Shown here one piece after another: positions 27,623 to 36,837 of a stretch of DNA of 64,000 nt; the stretch's first letter is position 1; each line of letters starts with the position of its first letter. Both the position numbers and the translations under genes were made by a program. The notes beneath the pieces were generated by a model. The model was not told the origin of the DNA. It worked only from the letters and a program-made list of their open reading frames with translations, and did not search any database. This DNA comes from an uncultured bacterium (GTDB lineage: Bacteria > Patescibacteriota > Microgenomatia > Levybacterales > UBA12049), in NCBI GenBank assembly GCA_963826535.1, contig CAWGXL010000010.1, positions 106,814-170,813 of the forward strand, written 5' to 3'.

Positions 27623-28009
27623 CTAGGTTAGATATTTTTTAACGAAATTATCTGCTTCTATCTCCTGATGTTTTATTTCTGTTTTTGTCTGCAAAAACCC
27701 AATCGAGTTACGGTGGTTTAACACCACATGTCCTACTTCATGAAGAATTGTATTTCTAATTTGTGTTTCGTTTTGATTTAATAATTCATCGGAAATGAAT
27801 ATTAAATGACCTTTTTTTATATCTGACCCTTTAAATGTAAATGCCCAGGAGTCGTCAGGTGAAGAAATAAACCATACGGTCTTGCATACTTTTTCGATAA
27901 CGCTTGAAGGTAGAAAGAGCAAGGCCTTGCATACTTGCTCACGAATAAAAAAATTCCCTATAAGTTTATTTCCGAGTGCCTTTTTTACTTTTTTTATTGT
28001 CCAATTCAT
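27623..28009 (-). CDS. Putative zinc metallopeptidase (HExxH; ImmA/IrrE- or SprT-like)
   Basis: ILHEVGHVVLNH motif; 128 aa. Confidence 0.45.
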   Translation of the reverse strand: MNWTIKKVKKALGNKLIGNFFIREQVCKALLFLPSSVIEKVCKTVWFISSPDDSWAFTFKGSDIKKGHLIFISDELLNQNETQIRNTILHEVGHVVLNHRNSIGFLQTKTEIKHQEIEADNFVKKYLT

Positions 28010-28038
28010 CTGAATAATAAATTTTAATATATTTCAAG

Positions 28039-28428
28039 TTAATTAGAAAAATGATGTATTACTAAGTTTTTAGTATTTGAAGACAAGTCTTGCATGTCGC
28101 TTAACTCATCCCAAGTGAAATATTCTATTTTATCGTGCTTCTTCTCTATAGTCCTTGGCATACCTGATATTATTTCTGCTCTATACCAAACATAACCCAT
28201 CTCATGTCCATCTTCTAAAAAATCTTTCCTTCCAATTTCGCCTACTATATTAACCTCAACCCCTAACTCTTCAGCTACTTCTCTTTTTGCAGTAGATGTA
28301 GGGTTTTCTCCGGGTTCTATTTTACCGCCTGGAGTTTCCCATTGTTGTCTTTCAGATGTATTTCTGTGGAGCAAGAGTATTTTTCCTTGTTTGTTTTCTA
28401 TAACGCATCCGGCAAGTTGTATCTTCAT
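28039..28428 (-). CDS. NUDIX hydrolase
   Basis: Nudix box GGKIEPGENPTSTAKREVAEELGVEV. Confidence 0.85.
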   Translation of the reverse strand: MKIQLAGCVIENKQGKILLLHRNTSERQQWETPGGKIEPGENPTSTAKREVAEELGVEVNIVGEIGRKDFLEDGHEMGYVWYRAEIISGMPRTIEKKHDKIEYFTWDELSDMQDLSSNTKNLVIHHFSN

Positions 28429-28514
28429 TTCTTAGTAGAATTATAGCATTTATTTTAATTCGATTGGCTTTAAGATGCATCACAAGACCTACAATTCTTT
28501 GCTATAATAACCTG

Positions 28515-29087
28515 ATGCAAGTTTACCTCGTGCGGCATACTGAATATTTAAATCCTGGAAATATTTTCGCATTCCATTTGCCTTTTTTCCTATCAGAAGA
28601 CGGTAGAAAAAAAGCGCAAAAAATTGGTTCATGGTTTAAGGAGAAGCAGTTACTTCATATACCTATTTATTCCAGTCCTATTGTAAGAGCATTACAAACG
28701 GCAGAGATTATTGCGAGTATTACTAATTCATTTGTAACTGTTGATAAACGGCTTGAAGAAACTACAAGTACAAATATGCAAGGCGTAAAAGAACCACTGG
28801 AAAATTCTTGGATAACTGATGAAGATGACAAGGACCGTGAATCTAGTAACTCCATATTACATAGAATAATAAATATTTATCATGAAGTATTAAATAAAAA
28901 TAAAAATTTTATTTTTGTTTCTCACCGCGAACCAATAACATTACTTTATTATCATCTTATAAAAAAAGATCCTCCCAAATATTTTGGGGACCCTAAAAAT
29001 ATAGATATGGTCATTCGCAAAGGTGAAATAGTTGAATTAAATGTTACTAAAGACAATATTAATTCAATTAATAGAATAACTCTTTAG
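28515..29087 (+). CDS. Histidine phosphatase family protein (phosphoglycerate mutase-like/SixA-like)
   Basis: VYLVRHTE (RHG-type motif variant); start moved to MQVYLVRH. Confidence 0.55.
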   Translation: MQVYLVRHTEYLNPGNIFAFHLPFFLSEDGRKKAQKIGSWFKEKQLLHIPIYSSPIVRALQTAEIIASITNSFVTVDKRLEETTSTNMQGVKEPLENSWITDEDDKDRESSNSILHRIINIYHEVLNKNKNFIFVSHREPITLLYYHLIKKDPPKYFGDPKNIDMVIRKGEIVELNVTKDNINSINRITL

Positions 29088-29154
29088 AACATGGTAAATT
29101 CAGGTTGAGAAGATAAACCGTTTAACCCATTATCGACTTGTCACCGCAATCGTT

Positions 29155-31128
29155 TTAGGGGGTTGGAGACAAAGAAATTGTCGTGGTCAAAGTTATAGTT
29201 GGTGTTAATGTCGAAGTCGGTGTATTCGTTAGTGTTGGCGAAAGAGGTGGGGCGAGAGTTATTATTGGGCTTGGTGTTGTTGAAGGAGTTGGAGTAATAG
29301 TTATAGTTGGTGAAATACCTGAACATCCGACCCCTGGCCGCTTCCAGCCGGCATACTCAATAAATCCGCGGCCCGGGGAATCAAAAACATCAAAGAGACG
29401 TGAAATGTTTGAGGGATATGGTTTATGATCCATTTCTTGTTGAGTTATGGGTCCCCAGTCATTTTCTGTGGCGTTTACATAATTAGGTGAGAGATTGCGA
29501 ATTTCAATGTCACCATTGCGATCTATAATATCCGTAAAGGCATCAACTTCACTATTGCCTTTGATATTTATACCGTCAAGCTTGTTGAAGCAGATTAAGC
29601 TGGTTATGATTAACGCATCGGATTTTTGTATCGCAATTCCGCTTTGGCCATTAGACACAATCCTACTGAGTTCAATCTCTACATCAGAATCCTTAAAAAC
29701 AAGCCCGCTTTTACCATTGACATCAATTGTGCTATTTTTGATAACTACATGGGAATCTAGGACTTCTATCCCCTCATTTTTGTTACTAATTATAGTAGTA
29801 TCATCAAGATGGATTGAGTCTTTGAAGCGTTTGAATTGCATCCCTCTTCCATTATTTTGAATCAGGTCGTGCTGATAGAAAAGATCAAAAGATACACCAC
29901 CGATAGCAAGCAGCCTGACCCCAATATCTATATTAGCTTCAAAGCGGGAATCCCTGTCTTTCCAAAAACCTGTAGCACCGGCACGGATAAATCCATCAAC
30001 TCCGGCGGTATTCTCAAGGACCTCAAACAACCGGGTACTCAATTCAACATTACCACGGACATCAAGTTGCCAGGCAGTACCATTTTGTTTCATAGATTCG
30101 CTGTCAAGGTTTATTTTCAATGCTACACCTTGAAGAGGCATTGTCTTAAGCGTAAATCCTGCTTTAGAATGAAGGTTATATTGGTTGTCAGAGAAATTTT
30201 TCTCACCTTCAAGCAGAAACCGGGTTTCAAGTCCTGTTTGTCCACCTAGCCATTGGTTGTTTAGAATCTCCCATTTGATCTTGCCGGTGTGCTGAATTTC
30301 TTCAAAAAAGCTGCCTCTGCCTCTTGTAGTTGCATGGACGTTTCCGCTGTAAGTTACAGAAATATCTCCGGCTCCCTGACCAAAGCTCAACTTCGCAGCG
30401 GTTTCAACACCTAGTTTCTTGAGTGGATTACCAAATTTATTACCCCTAAACTCGTAATCTCCTCCGACAGAAGCATTCAGTTCCAATCCATAAACATTTA
30501 GATTTTCAAACTCACTATCACTCAATGTAAAGTCCATCTTTCCTTTATTACTTGCATTTAAGACCAATCCTTTCCTCGCATTAAGAAATTTAAGATCTGT
30601 AAGGTGAAAGTTTGGATCATCCCCTTTCTGTGCAACGATGTGTAGTCCTTCGCGCAGAAAATTACGGAATTCAATACTGCCTATATCAAATTTTTTAGCT
30701 GTAACAAAAATCGCCCTGACAACATTACCACGCCCGTCAATTACTTTGCGGCTACGTGTGGCACTCGAAATAATAGTGCCGTCGTGCTTGATCTCAGGAA
30801 GAATTCCATCCAACTGTACATCAACCTCTAGAAAAATAAAATGAAGCTTTCCTTCCCCGGGTGTTCCTAGAACTTGTACCTGCTCAGCAGTAGTTAACAA
30901 TCTACCAAGATTACCTTCGCTAAGTAATATTGCCTCGCGCAGCGTTAGCTTGTTATCAGCTATGTTGTTATCTTGGTTCCCATTAACCCGTGCAGTGAAA
31001 TTATTCGTTTGTGCAAATGCGGTAAAAACACGAGGATTCAGGTTGAAGATGCTATACAATATTAATACTACTAATATTGTAACGCTAAGTGAAAGCCAAA
31101 TTTTGCTCTTACTCTTCATACTTTCCAA
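29155..31128 (-). CDS. Secreted/cell-surface protein: N-terminal TM/signal, right-handed parallel beta-helix repeats, and a C-terminal Thr/Pro-rich tail
   Basis: N-terminal MESMKSKSKIWLSLSVTILVVLILY. Repeated NxxGxxxGIxI-type PbH1-like segments (IEVLDSHVVIKNSTIDVNGKSGLVFKDSDVEI...). C-terminal ITITPTPSTTPSPIITLAPPLSPTLTNTPTSTLTPTITLTTTISLSPTP. The antisense ORF 29183..29428 was rejected. Confidence 0.6.
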   Translation of the reverse strand: MESMKSKSKIWLSLSVTILVVLILYSIFNLNPRVFTAFAQTNNFTARVNGNQDNNIADNKLTLREAILLSEGNLGRLLTTAEQVQVLGTPGEGKLHFIFLEVDVQLDGILPEIKHDGTIISSATRSRKVIDGRGNVVRAIFVTAKKFDIGSIEFRNFLREGLHIVAQKGDDPNFHLTDLKFLNARKGLVLNASNKGKMDFTLSDSEFENLNVYGLELNASVGGDYEFRGNKFGNPLKKLGVETAAKLSFGQGAGDISVTYSGNVHATTRGRGSFFEEIQHTGKIKWEILNNQWLGGQTGLETRFLLEGEKNFSDNQYNLHSKAGFTLKTMPLQGVALKINLDSESMKQNGTAWQLDVRGNVELSTRLFEVLENTAGVDGFIRAGATGFWKDRDSRFEANIDIGVRLLAIGGVSFDLFYQHDLIQNNGRGMQFKRFKDSIHLDDTTIISNKNEGIEVLDSHVVIKNSTIDVNGKSGLVFKDSDVEIELSRIVSNGQSGIAIQKSDALIITSLICFNKLDGINIKGNSEVDAFTDIIDRNGDIEIRNLSPNYVNATENDWGPITQQEMDHKPYPSNISRLFDVFDSPGRGFIEYAGWKRPGVGCSGISPTITITPTPSTTPSPIITLAPPLSPTLTNTPTSTLTPTITLTTTISLSPTP

Positions 31129-31249
31129 ATTAGTATAGCAAAAACTATCCCACCGAAGTCAAGTAAATGATATTTATATTTAAATGCAAATTGGTTCAAA
31201 TCTATTTTGTTTTTTTAATTTATTAAAACGATTTGCTATAATTACAATA

Positions 31250-32239
31250 ATGGAATTAAAAATTGTCAAACCAGACACTTTCAAGATTTTAACTTCCACA
31301 AAGAAAATTGTTGAAAACCTAAAGTTTATAACAATAAATGAAGCTCAATTAGATGAAACCACAAATAAGTTATTATTTAAGCTAGACAATGGAGTATATG
31401 CTGCCGAAATGGGTGTTGGAATCACCGGAAACTATGAAAATGACGTTCAATTAGTTTTTCTTGAAGATGTAGTTAATTTTTGCTTCTGGGTTGAAAAAGA
31501 TAAACCTCCTTGGCATGTAGAATATTTACATAGAAATTTTCTTACAGGAGGCTGGTTCTCACTATTAAGTTGCTTTCAAAGAGCGCTTGCAAATAATATC
31601 CCAATTCTTGACGCCAATTTTTTATCGTCATTAACATTAACGAAAGTTAAAGAAATATTTAAAGGTGAATCTAATATTGATATTCCGCTTGTCGAAAAAA
31701 GACTGGAAAATTTAAAAGAAGCAGGACAAGTTTTACAAAGTAAATATAGTGGTAAATTTATTAACGCATTAGAAAGTACTAACTATGATGCCCTAGATTT
31801 AGTCAAACTAGTTTATGATAATTTCAAATCATTTCAAGATAAAACAATCCTTGATGGAAAAGAGATTTACTTCTTAAAACGAGCACAAATGTTTACGCAA
31901 GACTTATCTTATCTGACACAGAATTATAAAGATAAGCCAATTAAAAATTTACAAATATTAACTGCTTCTGCTGATTACAAACTGCCTCAAATGCTAAGAA
32001 AGTATGGAGCAATTAATTACTCTGAAGAATTATCTAAGCAAGTAGACAATTATATTCTTATTCCGGCAGGAAGTAGAGAAGAGATCGAAATACGAGCTGT
32101 AACAATCTGGTGCGTAGAGTTAATAAGACAAAAACTAGAAAAGTTCACTGCGGCAGAAATTGATAATGCGTTATGGTTGATTAGTCAAGACCAAACTAAC
32201 GTCAAACCATTTCATAGAACATACACTATTTTTTACTAA
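31250..32239 (+). CDS. DUF2419/Qng1-like protein (putative queuosine-salvage nucleoside hydrolase family)
   Basis: NFCFW and ADYKLPQMLRKYG blocks resemble DUF2419; start chosen at MELKIVKPD. Moderate, memory-based call. Confidence 0.45.
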   Translation: MELKIVKPDTFKILTSTKKIVENLKFITINEAQLDETTNKLLFKLDNGVYAAEMGVGITGNYENDVQLVFLEDVVNFCFWVEKDKPPWHVEYLHRNFLTGGWFSLLSCFQRALANNIPILDANFLSSLTLTKVKEIFKGESNIDIPLVEKRLENLKEAGQVLQSKYSGKFINALESTNYDALDLVKLVYDNFKSFQDKTILDGKEIYFLKRAQMFTQDLSYLTQNYKDKPIKNLQILTASADYKLPQMLRKYGAINYSEELSKQVDNYILIPAGSREEIEIRAVTIWCVELIRQKLEKFTAAEIDNALWLISQDQTNVKPFHRTYTIFY

Positions 32240-32287
32240 AATCTTATAAAAACAATCTATTTAATTCCTATTGGTTACTATAGATAG

Positions 32288-33049
32288 CTAAGAATCACTA
32301 TTAATGGGACGTGTGGTTTTTTTGCCGAGTAAAATATGAGAAATAATTGTACCAATAATATTGATTAGAAAACCGAGAAGGATATAACTGATAAATCTGG
32401 CAACAATAAATACCCCAATACCCGCATAGGTTTGCGGTGTTGTGGTAGAGATTGATCCTCCGAGCAAAGATTCAAAAATCCACAGCATACTTAACGGGAT
32501 GTTGTTAAATTTTGGATTATCATGTTCAAAAATATAAACAAGTGCTCCGAGAATAATCACGGTAAAAACAAGCGTAAAAAAGTAAATCTGTAAATTAAGT
32601 CGGATAATTGCTGCTTTTTCATCTTTTGAGTGTCTTTCCAGATGTTCAAAACGAACAACTTTTGCCAATCGTACCATTCTGAGAAAACGAAGAATGCGTA
32701 AAGCCCTAAGCGATTTTAATGGAGTCAGATTGGTAAGATGAAGCAATGTAGGTAGGACAGAAATAAGATCAATAAAACCAAAGAAGCTGAAAATATACGA
32801 TAATTTTTTAGGACTTCCTATGATACGACAAATATATTCAATCAAAAAGATGAAAACCGATACATATTCAATTATTAAAAAAAATTGATTATATTGCGAG
32901 AACTCAGTTACCGACTCAAGAATTATGGAGATAATGGAGATTATTATTACAATTGAGAGCGAATCATTGATGATGACAAAAAGCCTTGAGGTTGGTTCAT
33001 AAAACGCTTTGTTGCAAAAGAAAAATACAGTACGCTGTACGCTTTTCAT
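32288..33049 (-). CDS. Voltage-gated-type cation channel subunit (6-TM, S4 sensor + pore; BacNaV/ion_trans family-like)
   Basis: S4 helix LRALRILRFLRMVRLAKVVR with Arg at every third position. Pore region MLWIFESLLGGS resembles the NaChBac FxxxTxESW filter. S5/S6 flank it. Confidence 0.6.
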   Translation of the reverse strand: MKSVQRTVFFFCNKAFYEPTSRLFVIINDSLSIVIIISIISIILESVTEFSQYNQFFLIIEYVSVFIFLIEYICRIIGSPKKLSYIFSFFGFIDLISVLPTLLHLTNLTPLKSLRALRILRFLRMVRLAKVVRFEHLERHSKDEKAAIIRLNLQIYFFTLVFTVIILGALVYIFEHDNPKFNNIPLSMLWIFESLLGGSISTTTPQTYAGIGVFIVARFISYILLGFLINIIGTIISHILLGKKTTRPINSDS

Positions 33050-33124
33050 ACCTATGATTTAATTATAGCAACAATTTCTAGAACTTGGGTAGTTTGTGTA
33101 ATACTCTACAAAATAGTATAATTC

Positions 33125-34138
33125 TTGAGCATGGAAATGGAACGCTTACTAGGACTCACAATATCATCTTTTTTCATTACTGCAATTTTACTCGTTCCCT
33201 TCATAGACTTCCTCTACAAAATAAAACTCAAAAGACACGTTCAAGTTACCCGCGACATGTTCAACAAAAGAACACCGTTATTTGATAAATATAACGCCTG
33301 GAAAGTAGGTACTCCTTTCGGCGGTGGATTATTAATTATTCTAGTTGCTACAGTATGGACTTTTTGGGCATATGGAATTCTAAACATCACGGTTAAGCCC
33401 GCCGAAATTTTTGTGATTTTCTTTTCTTTTATAAGTTTTGGCTTGCTTGGCTTTTATGATGATTTAAAAAAATTGATAGATCGCAGAGACGGATTTTTCG
33501 GACTTCGTTTTCGTTACAAATTTATTCTTCAATGGATACTCGCCTTAATTATTGCTTTTGTATTTTACTTCCAGCTAAATTATGATTTCATATTCATACA
33601 TGGCATAGGGATTATAAATATAGGATTGCTTTTTATCCCCTTTGCCGCGATAGTAATTGTATCATTCGTCAATGCCTTTAATATTACCGACGGGCTAGAT
33701 GGTCTTGCATCGGGACTTTTTCTAATTTGTCTGGTCGCCTTTCTAATTATCAATCAACAACTGGATCAGACCCTGGGTATATTTCTGGCCGTACTTCTTG
33801 GTTGTGTTGCCGCATTTCTTTACTTCAATATCTATAAAGCCAGGCTCTGGTTGGGAGATGTTGGCTCACTTGCGCTCGGTGCCGTATTGGCAGTGACCGG
33901 ATTGCTTACCGGGAAAGCCTTAGCTCTTGTAATTATTGGTGGTATATTCGTAATTGAAGTAGGCTCCTCCCTTATACAATTATTAGCGAAAAAATATTTA
34001 GGCAGAAAAATTTTCCCGGTTGCTCCGCTTCATCTATACCTGCTGAAAAGAGGCTGGGAAGAGCCAAAAATAGTTATGCGTGCCTGGCTAATAGGCTTCT
34101 TCCTCGCAATCTTAGGTATCTTTATAGCGTTTATCTAA
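33125..34138 (+). CDS. mraY: Phospho-N-acetylmuramoyl-pentapeptide transferase MraY
   Basis: NAFNITDGLDGLASG motif; ~10 TM; 337 aa. Confidence 0.9.
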   Translation: MSMEMERLLGLTISSFFITAILLVPFIDFLYKIKLKRHVQVTRDMFNKRTPLFDKYNAWKVGTPFGGGLLIILVATVWTFWAYGILNITVKPAEIFVIFFSFISFGLLGFYDDLKKLIDRRDGFFGLRFRYKFILQWILALIIAFVFYFQLNYDFIFIHGIGIINIGLLFIPFAAIVIVSFVNAFNITDGLDGLASGLFLICLVAFLIINQQLDQTLGIFLAVLLGCVAAFLYFNIYKARLWLGDVGSLALGAVLAVTGLLTGKALALVIIGGIFVIEVGSSLIQLLAKKYLGRKIFPVAPLHLYLLKRGWEEPKIVMRAWLIGFFLAILGIFIAFI

Positions 34139-34152
34139 GGGCATCAATAGTC

Positions 34153-35280
34153 ATGAAAAATGTTGATATTATACTCCTCAGTGTGGTTATATTTCTGACG
34201 TTTTTCGGTTTGCTTATGATTTATGATGCATCATCAGTGCGCGCTTTCATTGATTTCAACGGAGACAAATACCATTTCTTGCGGGATCAAGCTATGTGGG
34301 TAACTTTAGGATTTATCGTACTCTTTGTTTTTAATTATTTTGACTATCATAAATTATATAACTTAGCCTTGCCGCTATTAATCATAGCTCTTGGTTGCCT
34401 TCTTTTAGTTTTTTTACCCGGAATTGGTGCCGGTGCGCAAGGTGCCAATCGGTGGATAGATCTGTATTTTGTGAGATTTCAACCCGCCGAACTTACGAAG
34501 TTATCACTAGCGATTTATCTGGCAGCTTGGTTTTCTAACAAAGAAAAGGGGAGGTTTCTCGCATTTTCTTTATTACTAGGCGCTGTTTTACTCCTTGTCT
34601 TACTGGAACCGGATTTGGGAACAGCTTCAATTATTCTTGCTGAAGCGATTATAATATATTTTCTTTCCGGTGGGAGTATAAAACATTTTATAATTTCACT
34701 TCCCATTATCGGACTGCTTTGGTTTGTAATTATAAAAATAGAACCATATCGCTTGGCGCGCTTGACTAGTTTTCTCAATCTAAATAATTCACTGGATGGC
34801 ATTGACTATCACCTAAAACAAATACTCATTGCTTTAGGTTCCGGCGGACTTTTCGGCCTTGGCATCGGGAATTCACGGCAAAAATATGGCTTTCTCCCCG
34901 AAAGTATGACCGATGCAATTTTTCCGATAATCGCTGAAGAGCTGGGCTTTATAGGTGCGAATATTCTATTGCTATTATTTATTATAGTTATTTGGCGGGG
35001 TTTTGTTATAGCTATGCATGCAAAAGAAAAATTTGGCCAACTATTAGCAGCAGGTATAATCTCTTTCATCGGAGTCCAGATAATAATAAACCTGGGAGCA
35101 ACAACATTACTTTTCCCCCTCACAGGTGTACCTTTACCGTTCGTTTCCTATGGCGGATCCGCTCTTATTGTCGACATGGCAGCAATAGGAATATTGCTAA
35201 ATATTTCAAAGCAGAAATCTAAAGTTGTATACCAAAATAAAACTCAGTTGTCATCCCGGTTGAAGCGGCAGCGAAAATAA
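34153..35280 (+). CDS. ftsW: SEDS-family peptidoglycan glycosyltransferase FtsW/RodA
   Basis: 375 aa, 10 TM; SEDS architecture and position between mraY and murG. Confidence 0.85.
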   Translation: MKNVDIILLSVVIFLTFFGLLMIYDASSVRAFIDFNGDKYHFLRDQAMWVTLGFIVLFVFNYFDYHKLYNLALPLLIIALGCLLLVFLPGIGAGAQGANRWIDLYFVRFQPAELTKLSLAIYLAAWFSNKEKGRFLAFSLLLGAVLLLVLLEPDLGTASIILAEAIIIYFLSGGSIKHFIISLPIIGLLWFVIIKIEPYRLARLTSFLNLNNSLDGIDYHLKQILIALGSGGLFGLGIGNSRQKYGFLPESMTDAIFPIIAEELGFIGANILLLLFIIVIWRGFVIAMHAKEKFGQLLAAGIISFIGVQIIINLGATTLLFPLTGVPLPFVSYGGSALIVDMAAIGILLNISKQKSKVVYQNKTQLSSRLKRQRK

Positions 35281-35284
35281 TTAT

Positions 35285-36424
35285 ATGAAAATAGCAATTG
35301 TCGGCGGGCATCTCAGCCCTGCCTTAAGCGTTATCGAGGCAGTACCAAAAGACACCCAAATTTTATTCATTGGCAGGAAATACGCGCTGGAAGGAGACAA
35401 AGCATATTCACTTGAATATCAAAAAATTACCTCGCTCGGCATAACCTTTGTGGATTTAGCAAGCGGCCGTTTGCAGCGCAAATTTACAAAACACACTATT
35501 AATTCTCTTTTCACATTGCCCGGGGCTTTTTATCAATCTATCAAAATCTTAAATAATTACAAGCCTGATTGTGTAGTTTGTTTTGGTGGATACTTACAAA
35601 TTCCTCTAGTACTTGCCGCTTTATTTCATCACATTCCGGTGATTACTCACGAACAAACCAGAAAAGCCGGACTAGCCAATAAAATAATATCTCCTGTTGC
35701 TTCAACTATTTGTATCTCCTGGCAGGAATCAGCCAAATATTTTCCTTCCGGCAAAACAATTCTCACCGGTTTGCCTCTCAGAAAAGAATTTTTCAAAAAA
35801 ATCCACCTTCCTCCCTCAATAGTTAAGGGGGAAAGGAGGATTTTAGACAAAACCATTTATGTTACCGGCGGAAGTCTAGGTGCCCACGCTATTAATTTAT
35901 TAGTCGAAGGTGCGTTAGTTAAATTGCTTGAAAAATTTTACATAATTCATCAGACAGGCGATGCTAAGGAATTCAATGACTATGAACGGCTTAAAAAGAT
36001 CAAAGATCAGCTTCCTCTGGAATTACGTAGCAAATACAAACTTGTCAAATTCATTGACCCAGATCAGATTCCCCAAACCATAGCTGAGTCTGATTTAGTC
36101 ATTTCGCGTTCAGGTATGAATACCGTTGCTGAACTCATATATTTAGAAAAGCCGTGCATATTGATTCCACTGCCGCATGGCCAAGCCAATGAACAGCTTG
36201 ATAATGCTCTTTTCGCCCAAAAACTTGGTTTGGGACAGGTTTTAAATCAAACTGAACTTACATCTGAAATGCTCTATTCACAAATTGTCGAGTTTGCTGC
36301 TAAACTAGATAAAGCTATCATCAGCGCACGAAGTTTTCAAAAACTGATAAATCATGATTCTGCGCAAAAAATTATTGAGATCGTCAAAAAAACCGTCAAT
36401 CAAAAAAACCAACAGAAAGAATAG
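35285..36424 (+). CDS. murG: Undecaprenyl-PP-MurNAc-pentapeptide-UDP-GlcNAc GlcNAc transferase MurG
   Basis: N-terminal IAIVGGHLSPAL (G-loop); GT-B GT28 fold; 379 aa. Confidence 0.85.
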   Translation: MKIAIVGGHLSPALSVIEAVPKDTQILFIGRKYALEGDKAYSLEYQKITSLGITFVDLASGRLQRKFTKHTINSLFTLPGAFYQSIKILNNYKPDCVVCFGGYLQIPLVLAALFHHIPVITHEQTRKAGLANKIISPVASTICISWQESAKYFPSGKTILTGLPLRKEFFKKIHLPPSIVKGERRILDKTIYVTGGSLGAHAINLLVEGALVKLLEKFYIIHQTGDAKEFNDYERLKKIKDQLPLELRSKYKLVKFIDPDQIPQTIAESDLVISRSGMNTVAELIYLEKPCILIPLPHGQANEQLDNALFAQKLGLGQVLNQTELTSEMLYSQIVEFAAKLDKAIISARSFQKLINHDSAQKIIEIVKKTVNQKNQQKE

Positions 36425-36833
36425 GAATAGAATAAGAAAATTATCAGTCCTATTAATTCCATTCTGTATTTTATTGTGCGTAATTTGTGTGTGGCTTCTG
36501 TTTGTTTTGAATGACATACTACACAAACCACTTTTTATTAGTCCGTTAACATTACCTGTGTCCCTTGTTCCAAGCGAAGAAGATAAATTTCAATTAAAAC
36601 TGGAAACTTTACTAAATGAGAAAAATATTACATATTCAACTATAACTAAGCTTTCTGGCTCAAACTATAAATTAAAATTAGAAGATTCAGGAATTGTAAT
36701 TATTTCTTCGGATAAAGATCTAAACTCAGAAATATCCTCTTTACAATTTATACTCTCTCGGCTTACAATGGAAGGTAAACAGTTCACACTGCTTGATTTG
36801 CGTTTTGATAAACCGGTCATTGTTTTAAAATAA
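36354..36833 (+). CDS. Small bitopic division protein, FtsQ/DivIB-like by position (basic N-tail, one TM, short periplasmic domain)
   Basis: Located between murG and ftsA. The true start may be downstream of the murG stop (the track start overlaps murG by 70 nt). Confidence 0.35.
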   Translation: MILRKKLLRSSKKPSIKKTNRKNRNRIRKLSVLLIPFCILLCVICVWLLFVLNDILHKPLFISPLTLPVSLVPSEEDKFQLKLETLLNEKNITYSTITKLSGSNYKLKLEDSGIVIISSDKDLNSEISSLQFILSRLTMEGKQFTLLDLRFDKPVIVLK

Positions 36834-36837
36834 ATAT

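Noticed and set aside
29183-29428. ORF MVKVIVGVNVEVGVFVSVG... (+)
   Set aside because: It is antisense to the Thr/Pro tail of the beta-helix protein; low complexity.
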